64,000 nt of DNA from NCBI GenBank assembly GCA_034530615.2, contig JAVRCV020000033.1:1-64000 (forward strand). Direction: 5' to 3'. The stretch comes from Aulosira sp. ZfuVER01 (lineage in GTDB: Bacteria > Cyanobacteriota > Cyanobacteriia > Cyanobacteriales > Nostocaceae). Both the position numbers and the translations under genes were made by a program. Positions 10,581 to 20,553 of this stretch are shown piece after piece (position 1 is the first letter of the stretch; each line of letters opens with the position of its first letter). The notes below the pieces were generated by a model that was not told the DNA's origin, did not search any database, and saw only the letters and a program-made list of their open reading frames with translations.

Positions 10581-10633
10581 GGCATCCACAGACTTTCGGG
10601 AAAACCGACATTTTATCGGTGCCGTGCCCTTAC
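10581..10633. repeat. Truncated REP-like element, inverted copy of 6198-6260
   Basis: ggcatccaca..ttcgg.aa.a.c.a.attttatcggtgccgtgcccttac matches the reverse complement of 6198-6250; its left arm is cut by the IS end. Confidence 0.75.
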
Positions 10634-10660
10634 GTCCCGTGTACTGCTGATATTTCAAAA

Positions 10661-12631
10661 TCAACTCCACCCCCCAATTTCTGCCTCTGTCAAAGGCTTC
10701 TCCAACTTGCCATATTCCGTCTGCGCTGCTCGTAATACGTGCTTCATCTGCACAACTTCCCCCGCATCAGCCGCTAAAAATGCTGCATTTAAGGCAATGT
10801 TCCGAATATTACCTCCAGCTACGTTGAGGCGTGCCAGTTTTACTACATCTAAGTCGGCTGTGGGTGTATTGGGTGGAAAAATCCGTCGCCAAATCTCGGC
10901 TCGTTGCACTGCATCAGGGAAGGGAAACTGCACGACAAAGCGAATGCGGCGCAGAAAGGCGCTATCAATCGCACTTTTGAGGTTGGTTGTTAACAGTGCC
11001 AAACCTGGATAAGATTCCATCCGTTGCAGTAAGTAGCTTACCTCGATGTTGGCATAGCGATCGCGCGCATCTTTAACTTCGCTGCGTTTGCCAAATAAGG
11101 CATCCGCTTCATCAAATAATAAAATTACTCCGCCTTGCTCTGCGGCATCAAAGACGCGGCGTAAATTCTTCTCTGTTTCGCCAATATACTTACTCACCAC
11201 CGATGATAAATCAATGCGATACAGGTCAAGGCGCAATTTATTAGCTAACACTTCCGCCGCCAAGGTTTTCCCCGTACCGCTAGCACCTGCAAATAAGGCA
11301 CTAATTCCCAAACCCCGCGCACTCTTAGCAGCAAATCCCCATGTGTTATATACAGTACTGCGCTGCCGAACATGAGCCGCAATATCACGGAGAATGCTTT
11401 GCTGGTTTTCTGGTAATACCAAGTCGTCCCAATCGGCTGCTGGCTCAATCCACTGTGCTAGCTCATCTAAGCGGGGTCGTGCTTGTAAGCGGCAGGCATC
11501 CCATAAAATATTGGTGAGGTTGTTTGACTGTGGCTGTGCTAATTGTCCAGCGGCTTCTGCACAGGCTGCATAAATGGTTGCGGGACTCAAGTTAAATTGA
11601 TCGACTAAAATTTTGACTTGTCCGTTGAGTTCGGGTGCAATTTCCGATAACGCTTCTTGCCAAACTGCTCCTTGTTCTTTGGCTGTGGGTTGCTGCACAT
11701 CAAAACTTACAACTAAGCGTTGTGGTAGACGCATTCTTTCCCGGCTTGTGATCAGCAAAAAGCCATTTGTGCGTTCGATGAAATGAGCGATCGCATTTAT
11801 CCGCGTCACATCATTAGTATCGAGTTCATCGCAGTCTATCAGTAAGACACTCTTAGTTAAAATTGTCTCCCGTGTCCACAGGCGAATCAGGTTATCTAAT
11901 TCTCCTGGTAATAGGGGAATGACTTGTGCAGGCATCACCCACAGATGTAAATTCTGGAGTTGACAAATTGTGGCTGCAATGGCGCGTTTGCTGCTAGTTT
12001 CGTAGCCACATAACTGGACGATGGGTAAATTATTTCCTTTATAATTCTGCTGCCAAACTGCGGTAACTCGCTCTGCTAAAGCTTGGTGTGATGGGACTAA
12101 ATCTCCCCCACCTAGTAATGGCTCGATCACACCAGCCAAACGTTCGTCAAGATATTGGATACCAACTAAATAATGTAAAATCCGTTCGTCAATTCTCAGG
12201 GGACTGAGGGTTAAAGCATGAGCTTCCCCAATTTGAATTAATCGCCAACGACGTAAAGGTGCATTGGGTGCGATCGCATCCCAATGGGCATTAGGTAACG
12301 CAGCTAAAGCTAAACTTAAAGTAGGATAAGCTCGTTGTGCATCACCTTGTGCGATCGCACATAACCGGGCAAAATCTCCACTCAATTCCATACCTGCACA
12401 CAATAGCAACAAGTCGCGCTCAAAAGCTGAGAGACTAAACATCCGGCATATATTATCTAATGCCGATGGTGTAGGCATAGCCGCAGCTGCTTGCTGTCGG
12501 GCGTTCTCTTGGTTTTGTAGCTCAGTCGGCTGCTGTGCATTTGTTGTATAACTTTCTAAAGCACCACGTACCAAAGCTAAGGCTGCTGAGAGGTAACGCT
12601 GGTTTGCATCGTGCCAATTATGATTATTCAT
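10661..12631 (-). CDS. AAA+ ATPase of the contractile-injection-system type (Pvc15/Afp15-like)
   Basis: N-terminal FSLSAFERDLLLLC…PLRRWRLI domain; degenerate first P-loop; second GASGTGKT, VVSKYIGETEKNL, LLFDEADALFGKR, RYANIEVSYLLQRME. Confidence 0.88.
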   Translation of the reverse strand: MNNHNWHDANQRYLSAALALVRGALESYTTNAQQPTELQNQENARQQAAAAMPTPSALDNICRMFSLSAFERDLLLLCAGMELSGDFARLCAIAQGDAQRAYPTLSLALAALPNAHWDAIAPNAPLRRWRLIQIGEAHALTLSPLRIDERILHYLVGIQYLDERLAGVIEPLLGGGDLVPSHQALAERVTAVWQQNYKGNNLPIVQLCGYETSSKRAIAATICQLQNLHLWVMPAQVIPLLPGELDNLIRLWTRETILTKSVLLIDCDELDTNDVTRINAIAHFIERTNGFLLITSRERMRLPQRLVVSFDVQQPTAKEQGAVWQEALSEIAPELNGQVKILVDQFNLSPATIYAACAEAAGQLAQPQSNNLTNILWDACRLQARPRLDELAQWIEPAADWDDLVLPENQQSILRDIAAHVRQRSTVYNTWGFAAKSARGLGISALFAGASGTGKTLAAEVLANKLRLDLYRIDLSSVVSKYIGETEKNLRRVFDAAEQGGVILLFDEADALFGKRSEVKDARDRYANIEVSYLLQRMESYPGLALLTTNLKSAIDSAFLRRIRFVVQFPFPDAVQRAEIWRRIFPPNTPTADLDVVKLARLNVAGGNIRNIALNAAFLAADAGEVVQMKHVLRAAQTEYGKLEKPLTEAEIGGWS

Positions 12632-13899
12632 GGAATTATCACCTGTGGTGCATCATATTTCCCAGCTTGATTAATATGTAGCGGACTTTCCGCCCCGTCT
12701 ACTCGCACCCTGACAAGATATGTTCCTGGTTTGACATCGTTTACCGGAATTGTTATCGCATCGGTGTCTTCATTGTGTACCGCCACAGGAAAAGAGTAGA
12801 CACCAGGACTGTTATTTGAGATTTCATTCAGAAGTAAAACTACCCGTTGCATCTTGCCAACTTTCGGCTGAAATTTCACGGTAATTTCTCCTGAACGTGA
12901 ATTCTCAGCAGTTTTTTCCACGTGTACAATTGTGGCTGTGATTTTGGGGTGCAGCACAAAAGGCGTAACATTAGATTCAACCTGCTGTTTTTGCCCTGCA
13001 TCACCCATTTTCAGATGCACAACTTGCACAGCTTGTACACCTGCATATAAATCTGGCGGTACTAGCAGACTAATTTGCGTTTCTTTCACATCTTCTGGTA
13101 CTAGCAATTTCTCTGTATTACCTAATCTAATTCTGGTAATCTCACCTCGTAACCGCTTACCGCGAATTACTAATGTACTGTCTACAACAATTAATTGTTC
13201 TGTTTCGGCGGGGGCGATAACTTGCTCTACACTTGGTTGCGACAAGGACATCATACATAAACCCTCAGCTTTTGCAGAGTCATCGCTCTCAATCAACACC
13301 ATTGATGCTTGATAGCTAGCTGAGGGACGATAATGAGTTTGTAACGCAGACCAAAGTTTAGAAGTGTCTTCCATGTTAAAAAATTCTGGGGAAAGTTTAA
13401 TTTGCCCAATTTGTTCAGCTAACTCCGAGACAGACACATTCACCAAAGCCTGAGCAAAGACATTAGACGTACTGCGTGTAGATGCGTTTTTCAAAGCATT
13501 TTCAATTGCACTAGTTGCGATCGCCGAGGTGCGATGTAACAGTTGCATTGCATACCCCAGTAAAAGCTCTGCCTGAAAATCTTTGGCACCATAAGCTGTA
13601 AGTAAGTAATGCAAGTCTAAAGCTAGTGGCGGATTTGCCGAGCGTAAGTTTTTATTTATACGTGAACTTTTGCTGCGAAATTCCTGAGATACCCAATCAA
13701 CATTACGGTTTTGCGTCACCTGATAGAGAAATAAATTGAGTTGAGCGCGCTCATCAGTTCCCACTGTAATTAGATCTGGTGGTAGCGCAGTCACAATTAC
13801 GTCACCAACACTTGCCGTAATTGAGTCACTAACTAGACCATTTTCCAGCAAGTCTTTCAGTACTGCTGTCACAGCGGCTATCGAGAGTGCGTTACTCAT
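12628..13899 (-). CDS. DUF4255 / Pvc16-like protein with C-terminal Ig-like (IPT/TIG-like) domains
   Basis: MSNALSIAAVTAVLKDLL…LNLFLYQV…PPLALDLHYLLTAY…LWSALQTHYRPSASYQASMVLIES; 4-bp overlap with the ATPase gene. Confidence 0.85.
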   Translation of the reverse strand: MSNALSIAAVTAVLKDLLENGLVSDSITASVGDVIVTALPPDLITVGTDERAQLNLFLYQVTQNRNVDWVSQEFRSKSSRINKNLRSANPPLALDLHYLLTAYGAKDFQAELLLGYAMQLLHRTSAIATSAIENALKNASTRSTSNVFAQALVNVSVSELAEQIGQIKLSPEFFNMEDTSKLWSALQTHYRPSASYQASMVLIESDDSAKAEGLCMMSLSQPSVEQVIAPAETEQLIVVDSTLVIRGKRLRGEITRIRLGNTEKLLVPEDVKETQISLLVPPDLYAGVQAVQVVHLKMGDAGQKQQVESNVTPFVLHPKITATIVHVEKTAENSRSGEITVKFQPKVGKMQRVVLLLNEISNNSPGVYSFPVAVHNEDTDAITIPVNDVKPGTYLVRVRVDGAESPLHINQAGKYDAPQVIIP

Positions 13900-14273
13900 T
13901 CTGATTCCTCACGCTACTAGCACTTATTGATTGTTTAGCTCAGACAAAATTCTCAAAACATTTTTTTGCAAAATATTTCACATTCTGCTCGGTGGTGATT
14001 CCCGGTAAAATTTATAAAAATAAATAATTGTATTTTGTCAACTATCTATGGATACACTCAATAAAACTTTGAGTAAAATGTATCTTTGCTATCGGATTCA
14101 TATCTGATTTTTGAAATCCAAATAGTAGGGTGGACATCGTCCACCATATCTGGGTTTACGGGTTTTTCATAGTTTGTGTATCAGAGTATGAAACTTTGAT
14201 GCGTAGAGTCTGTCAAGGTTAATAAGTCACAATTTCTCTGACAAAGCTCTATTGGATTCAAGTTAAATTTAAC

Positions 14274-14419
14274 CAGGATTTACGCAACTGGCACAATTAT
14301 CTTCTGGTCTAAGAGTCCAGGGTCAAGAGTCAAGGGTCAAAAATTAAGGTTTTTTGGACTCTTGACTTTTGACTCTTGACAACCTAAACGAAAAAAATAT
14401 GACACTTGCGTAAGTCCTA
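14274..14419. mobile_element. MITE (146 bp) with imperfect 22-bp TIRs and 5-bp target duplication TTAAC
   Basis: CAGGATTTACGCAACTGGCACA … TATGACACTTGCGTAAGTCCTA; TTAAC at 14269-14273 and 14420-14424; interior of inverted GAGTCAA/TTGACTC heptamers. Confidence 0.85.
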
Positions 14420-14667
14420 TTAACATTCGGAACAAATTGGCACTACCATTAGTCATGCTTTTAAGCTTTTATTAAGTATTTGATACAAAGTCCCAGCATT
14501 GGTTAAACTTATTAATATGTTAAGCTGAACGTAGATAAATTAATAATTACGAGTAATAAAAATTACTATTACCTCAATATTATCCGGCAGAAAAAAGTTG
14601 CCACGGGAGTAATATTTATTTTTGTTGCCAGAGAAAACATTAAAGTAACTAGGATGGGTTCTATCAG

Positions 14668-16749
14668 ATGACATCCCCACCATCTTCAAATTCTTGGAAT
14701 GGGCGCTTTATCGGTGATAATGAGCGATACCGTTTAGACAAACGGTTAGCTGGTGGTGGTATGGGTGAAGTCTTCCTGGCAATGGATACCCGTGTAGGTC
14801 AGCAAGTAGCATTGAAGTTATTGAAAGATACCCTAGTAGCCTCGAAAGAGATGCGAAAGCGGTTTGAGCGGGAAATAGCAGTCTGTGCGGCTTTGCAAAG
14901 TGACCACATTGTGAAGATTAGCGATTGTGGCGTCACAGTTGAAGGACATCCATTCTATGTAATGGAGTATCTGCGGGGGCAAACACTGCGACAATTACTA
15001 CTACGTGAGAAGCGTTTATCGGTAGAGCGAACTGTAGGTATCATCGCTCAAGTTTGCAAAGGTTTAAAGCTAGCTCATGAAGGAGTAGATTTACAGCGCG
15101 ATGGTGGTAAAAGCACTGAGCATATTCAGGTAATCCATCGCGACCTCAAACCAGACAATATCTTTTTAGTGCCTACAGATTTGGGAGAGTGGGTGAAGAT
15201 TTTGGATTTTGGTGTTGCAAAAATCCGCCATGAATCTTCAGAACAAACTAATATCACCAATACATTTATTGGCACATTTCGCTACGCAGCACCGGAGCAG
15301 ATCCAAAGCGATAAAAACTTAAACGCCAGGGCAGATATTTACAGCTTGGGACTGATCCTATACGAAATGCTGAGTGGAGTAGATCCCTTTGGTTTAGGCG
15401 TCAAGGCTAATAATATCAGCGAAGCCTCTTGGGTATTAGCCCATGCTTATGAACCGCCGAAGCCATTGCGATCGCAACTTGGGTGTGAATATTTGTCTGA
15501 GCAATTAGAGGCTGTAGTTCTCAAATGCTTGCACAAGAATCCACAGAATCGTTTTGCCAGTGTAGAAGAACTGGATCGAGCTTTGCAGGCTGCGGCTAAA
15601 CCAATCGCTCTTAATCTTAGCGTTGAGGATGAACAAGCGATCGCTCCCCATCCCACTGTACCCAGACCAGCTACCAATCTCGACACCATACCCCGACCGC
15701 TGACAGCGATTGACCAAAGCCAACTTGAGGACACCATGCCTCCTTCTCAACCGTTGTATCATCATGGCGAGACCGTCCCACGACCATTGACACCAGTTGA
15801 GCCAAGCCAAGGGGAACATGAAACCATACCTCGTCCCCAACCTTTGTATCATCAAGGTTCAGATCGAGAAACCACACCCCGACCCCTAACACCGGTTGAG
15901 TACAGCCAAGGGGAACATGAAACCATACCTCGTCCCCAACCTTTGTATCATCAAGGTTCAGATCGAGAAACCACACCCCGACCCCTAACACCAATTGAGC
16001 AAAGTCAGCCAGAAGGCACGATTTTTCAACCACGTCCTGGACAACACCAAGGTTCAGATGGGGAAACAGTACCGCGACCTCTGCAACCTATTCCCCAACA
16101 CCAAGGACAAGATGACACCATACCTCGCCCCCAACCTATGCCAAGTCAAGGTTCAGACGGGGAAACAGTGCTACGACCTCTACAACCCATTCCCCAAAAC
16201 CAACCAGAAGGCACGATTTTTCAACCACGACCAGCAGCACATCCAGAAACTAATCAAAATTTAGTTGGGAATAATCCTGAATTCAGCCAAGAAGGGACAA
16301 TTTTTCAACCCCGCCCTGCATCCCACCAAGGCGAACAACCAGCATCAGAAGGGACATTGTTCCAACCACGCCCCAAGCCCCGACCAATACCGGATGGTGG
16401 TACAATTTTTCAACCCCGCCCTGCATCTGGCCAAGCTAGTCGTACACCCGACGGCGGTACAATCTTTCAACCCCGTCCTGCATCTCATCCCAGTGGTCAG
16501 CCCACACCCGATGGTGGCACAATCTTTCAACCCCGCCCTGGACAAACAGCACGGGATGGTAGCACGATTTTTCAACCTAGGACACACAAACAACCACTTC
16601 AGAAGCTTCCTCAAAATTTCTGGCGAATTCTAGGTATAGTGTTGGCGATTGGATTTGCCTTAGCAGCAGTCATTTACTTGTATCCTCACTTACAACCTAG
16701 TAAAGAAAACGATCAGAAAACTTGGCAGAAATTCAACCATGTATGGTGA
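14668..16749 (+). CDS. Hanks-type Ser/Thr kinase with Pro/Gln/Thr repeat linker and C-terminal TM helix
   Basis: GGGMGEV, VALK, HRDLKPDN, DFG, GTFRYAAPE; repeat region; ILGIVLAIGFALAAVIYLY. Confidence 0.95.
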   Translation: MTSPPSSNSWNGRFIGDNERYRLDKRLAGGGMGEVFLAMDTRVGQQVALKLLKDTLVASKEMRKRFEREIAVCAALQSDHIVKISDCGVTVEGHPFYVMEYLRGQTLRQLLLREKRLSVERTVGIIAQVCKGLKLAHEGVDLQRDGGKSTEHIQVIHRDLKPDNIFLVPTDLGEWVKILDFGVAKIRHESSEQTNITNTFIGTFRYAAPEQIQSDKNLNARADIYSLGLILYEMLSGVDPFGLGVKANNISEASWVLAHAYEPPKPLRSQLGCEYLSEQLEAVVLKCLHKNPQNRFASVEELDRALQAAAKPIALNLSVEDEQAIAPHPTVPRPATNLDTIPRPLTAIDQSQLEDTMPPSQPLYHHGETVPRPLTPVEPSQGEHETIPRPQPLYHQGSDRETTPRPLTPVEYSQGEHETIPRPQPLYHQGSDRETTPRPLTPIEQSQPEGTIFQPRPGQHQGSDGETVPRPLQPIPQHQGQDDTIPRPQPMPSQGSDGETVLRPLQPIPQNQPEGTIFQPRPAAHPETNQNLVGNNPEFSQEGTIFQPRPASHQGEQPASEGTLFQPRPKPRPIPDGGTIFQPRPASGQASRTPDGGTIFQPRPASHPSGQPTPDGGTIFQPRPGQTARDGSTIFQPRTHKQPLQKLPQNFWRILGIVLAIGFALAAVIYLYPHLQPSKENDQKTWQKFNHVW

Positions 16750-17117
16750 GCCGAAAAGCTTCTTCTGCAAAGTACAGTAATTGATAAATTCAGGAGCCAG
16801 TCGCGTACTCTAGTTTCCAGAGTTGAGCTATACTTCAAACGGCTAATATTTGGACTTTACAAGATGGTATAAATTTCAGAAGAAAAACTTGAACAAAAAC
16901 TTTGCGTACCTTTGCGTTTAACTCAGCGAACCTCTGCGTTTAAAACAAAAATTACCTGTCTTGTCTTCTGCCCTCTGCCTTTCTTCACTAAAAATTCGGA
17001 AGTACGTCGTGGGCTATTGGGAGCAATTTTGGCGAAATCAATTCAGAAAAATCCTGTACAGGGCTATTTTCCTTCAAGAATTTGGCTACTAGTTACTAGG
17101 AAATTTAGTCAAGGTGC

Positions 17118-17801
17118 TTAATCTAAGTTGAGAAGTTGCCAATCAATCTCTGGCTTACCAAAAGAACGCAACGCTGAATTGATAGCGGAGAAAGGTTTGC
17201 TACCAAAAAAGCCATTATGTGCAGAAAGTGGTGAAGGATGTGCTGATTTAATTACTTGATGTCGCGTTGTATCTATCAATTTAAGCTTCTTCTGTGCATA
17301 CCCACCCCACAATACAAAAACAACAGGATCTAGCTTTTGATTGACTTTGCTAATCACTGCATCTGTGAAATTCTCCCAACCTTGATTTTTGTGAGAATTA
17401 GGTGTGTGTGCTCTAACAGTTAGCACTGCATTTAACATCAGAATGCCTTGTTTAGCCCATGATGCTAAATATCCATGATTCGGGATATTAAACCCAACAT
17501 CATATTGGAGTTCTTTAAAAATATTGCTCAGTGATGGGGGTGGCTTGATACCAGGTTTTACAGAAAAGCATAATCCATGCGCCTGGTTTTGATCGTGATA
17601 AGGATCTTGACCAAGTAAAAGTACATTTACTTTTTCGTAAGGTGTCAATTCAAAAGCTGAAAAGATATCTTCTTCAAGCGGGTATATAGTATGAGCTTGG
17701 CGTTCTTCTACTAAAAAATTTTGAAGCTTACTGAAATATGGTTTACTAAACTCTTCCAACAGAACTGCTTGCCAACTAGGGGAAATTTGGCTAGGTATCA
17801 A
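17118..17801 (-). CDS. ung: Uracil-DNA glycosylase (family 1)
   Basis: GQDPYH, PPSL, LLNAVLT-like LMLNAVLTV, HPSPLS motifs. Confidence 0.96.
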   Translation of the reverse strand: MIPSQISPSWQAVLLEEFSKPYFSKLQNFLVEERQAHTIYPLEEDIFSAFELTPYEKVNVLLLGQDPYHDQNQAHGLCFSVKPGIKPPPSLSNIFKELQYDVGFNIPNHGYLASWAKQGILMLNAVLTVRAHTPNSHKNQGWENFTDAVISKVNQKLDPVVFVLWGGYAQKKLKLIDTTRHQVIKSAHPSPLSAHNGFFGSKPFSAINSALRSFGKPEIDWQLLNLD

Positions 17802-18300
17802 ATTTTTGGCCTTTACTTAAGTATATAGTCCATAATTATAGCAATAGCGCAGAAAGCGTTCTTGCAGATTAGCAATCCAAAAATCTTGTGATTGCGTCGT
17901 TTCACTCGCAATGACATATTCAGGGTAACTTGCCGGACATCATATAAAATCTACTATCTATAAAATTTGAGCAAAAATACATTGAATCTGCGTATATTCA
18001 TATAGCGATCGCATGATTTTCATATTATTTTTATGTAATTGCCACATTTACTTGTTACACTGATATCAAGCAAACATTGAGTTTGCTCCTCACACCATAC
18101 TTTTACCCTCTTGTTTGTCAATGGCAAGAGGGTTTTTTTATTAGGAGTTATCCATTTACAAGGTTTTTCAGGTAAATGGAATATACAGGTAGAGAATATT
18201 GTTGTGCCCCCTGCGGGTTCAGTAGAGCCACTGCGTTGCCGTGATACCAGCACTGCTTCGCCAAGTTGCAATATCCTGTAAATTTTAGGGTTACAGCTTG

Positions 18301-19164
18301 TTAGGGATTGCAGTAAATACATTGAGATGGATCGGCAAACTCTATACCATCAGGGAATAATCTATTTTGGCTGAAACCACATTTTTGGCATTTATAAATT
18401 ATAGAATGAACCAAGGTAGTAGGCAGAGCGCAAATTTCACAAGGTAATCCTCTGATTCTTTCTCTAATGTCAAACCCAGGCATATAACATTGCGGACAAT
18501 AACTTTTAATCTTGCTCAACAAATTCTCAGTAGCTTTGGCGATATTTTTCATCCTTGTGGGATTGTAAAGTGCACGCATATCAGTTTCAAGATGCACTTT
18601 GCCATCTGGTGAATGATTGAATGCCCATTTCAAAGCGGCTAAAAATTTTTCTTCAGTATTAATACCTTTAATTAGCTCATGGTTATCTTGAGTTATTTGC
18701 TGATAACTGACAACCAGCCCGTGTTCTGGAAACCCTACTTTTCTGGCAAAATCGTAGGCTTGTTGAATATTCTCCACGACCTGATGGTTAAAATTAGTTT
18801 CTAGAGACAATTCTTCGCCAATGATTTCTAGGTCGTTTTCTCGATCTATTAAAATGACTATTTCTCGATTTGAGTAAATATAAGGCAGAGATGGATGAGG
18901 TGCAAAACTACCTTCACTAGCGATCGCTAAATTTACACCTGTTAATTCAATTGCTTTTGTAGCTTTTAATTTAGCTGCTGCAATCTGAGTGCCAGGGCGT
19001 TCTACTTCTCTAGTAAATGTACCGAAAATATCAGTATTAAAATCCTGCGGTACTATAACTTTAATACTTAACTCCTGCTCCAAAACTGGGGCAATTACTC
19101 TCTGTTTTTGGTGCATCGTCGCTAGTACTGCCACACGATTACTAAATAATTGCTGATTTTTCAT
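18301..19164 (-). CDS. DUF6671-like protein with four C-terminal CxxC motifs
   Basis: LATMHQKQRVIAP, FGTFTRE, ASEGSFAPHP, ETDMRALYNPTRM; CPQC, CEIC, CQKC, CIYC. Confidence 0.75.
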   Translation of the reverse strand: MKNQQLFSNRVAVLATMHQKQRVIAPVLEQELSIKVIVPQDFNTDIFGTFTREVERPGTQIAAAKLKATKAIELTGVNLAIASEGSFAPHPSLPYIYSNREIVILIDRENDLEIIGEELSLETNFNHQVVENIQQAYDFARKVGFPEHGLVVSYQQITQDNHELIKGINTEEKFLAALKWAFNHSPDGKVHLETDMRALYNPTRMKNIAKATENLLSKIKSYCPQCYMPGFDIRERIRGLPCEICALPTTLVHSIIYKCQKCGFSQNRLFPDGIEFADPSQCIYCNP

Positions 19165-19536
19165 CGTGAGCTTACCTCCTAGTCATAAAGCTGAATTCCC
19201 AACTTTCATTATTGATGAACACTTTAAAAACGCAATACAGTTCAGTTAAAGAACTGATTATCAAGCAGTGCTTCCTTCAGCTAGGAAACTTGAGAGAGCG
19301 ATCGCCCTAGGTTCTCGCAGAGTAGCAGAAGAGTAACGGCGGGATTTTGGGGTAGTAAAGGTTATTACCGCGATCGCCAAAATGCATCTTAAAAGGGTGA
19401 GGAGCTTTTATTGCAACAACGGGATGCACTGCTGAGATTTTCAACTGTTCCTGCTGATTAATGCCCGTTGCTGCCCCAACACTCGTATGATCAGAATAAT
19501 AGGAACATATTAACAGCCAGATTTTTACCGTAAAAC

Positions 19537-20400
19537 ATGGGCAGTATTTGGGAACTCGATTTTTACTCCCGTCCGATTCTGGACGAAAATCAAAAAAAAG
19601 TTTGGGAAGTCTTAGTCTGCGAAAGTCCCTTGGATATCCGCGCGAAAACAGATTCTTTGTTTCGCTATGCAAAATATTGCCCCAGTACTCAGGTAAATTC
19701 GGGTTGGTTGCGGACGGCGTTACAGGAAGCTATTAACCAAGCTGGAGAGGCGCCAATCAAAATCCGCTTTTTCCGCCGCCAAATGAACAATATGATTACT
19801 AAAGCCTGTCAAGATGTGGGGATTCCTGCTCAACCTAGCCGTCATACTTTGGTTCTCAATCAATGGCTAAACCAGAGAATGGAGGAAGTCTACCCTAATG
19901 AACCAGGGTATCAAGCGGTAACTAATCCTTCGGTACGCTTGGAAAATCCTTTGCCTCAACGTTTACCAGATGCTTTAGAAGGGAATAAATGGGTATTTGT
20001 TTCCTTAGAAGCTTCAGAATTGATGGATATGCCAGAGTGGGAAATTGGTTTTGGTGAAGCTTTTCCTCTAGACTTGGTGCAAGTATCACTCGAAACCCGC
20101 ATTCCTGGTGTTTTAATTTTTTCATCTAGAGCCTTGCCCATTGCAGGCTGGATGTCTGGTTTAGATTTAGCTTGCTTAAAATTTGACACAAGTGTTGGTG
20201 CAAGATTACTGTTAGAAACTGGTGTGACAGAAAGCTGGATTTTGGCAAATATCAAAAACCCTCAAACTTTAGCAGAAGCCAAAGGTTTTGAAGCAGCCAA
20301 GCAAAAAGCTAATGGAGTGCATTTTATCGGCGTGCAGTCCGATCCTCAAGCAGAATCTTTTGCGGGATTTTGGCTGTTGCAAGAGGTCAATCTGCCGTAA
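19537..20400 (+). CDS. Tab2/Atab2-family RNA-binding protein (DUF1092)
   Basis: WELDFYSRPILDENQKKVWEVL…IRFFRRQMNNMI…FAGFWLL. Confidence 0.92.
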   Translation: MGSIWELDFYSRPILDENQKKVWEVLVCESPLDIRAKTDSLFRYAKYCPSTQVNSGWLRTALQEAINQAGEAPIKIRFFRRQMNNMITKACQDVGIPAQPSRHTLVLNQWLNQRMEEVYPNEPGYQAVTNPSVRLENPLPQRLPDALEGNKWVFVSLEASELMDMPEWEIGFGEAFPLDLVQVSLETRIPGVLIFSSRALPIAGWMSGLDLACLKFDTSVGARLLLETGVTESWILANIKNPQTLAEAKGFEAAKQKANGVHFIGVQSDPQAESFAGFWLLQEVNLP

Positions 20401-20553
20401 ATTAATGGCAGAGTAGTGGGGGAATCGGTATGAGGATCAACGGCAAGGGTAACAATCGCCTTGACGAAAGACCAGTCATTACTGACTATTTACTAATAAA
20501 TAACCCAAAAAGCAAGGGCTGATAAATGTCGATGATTTGGGATAATGATTTGC

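Noticed and set aside
14553..14566. NtcA box GTA-N8-TAC upstream of the kinase
   Set aside because: AT-rich context and no -10 element at the expected distance
15447..16633. Multiple alternative-frame ORFs within the kinase
   Set aside because: Shadow frames of the low-complexity repeat linker
18020..18322. 100-aa ORF downstream of the DUF6671-like gene
   Set aside because: Contains SDR fragments (ccctgcgggttc, gagccactgcgttgc) and no recognisable motif
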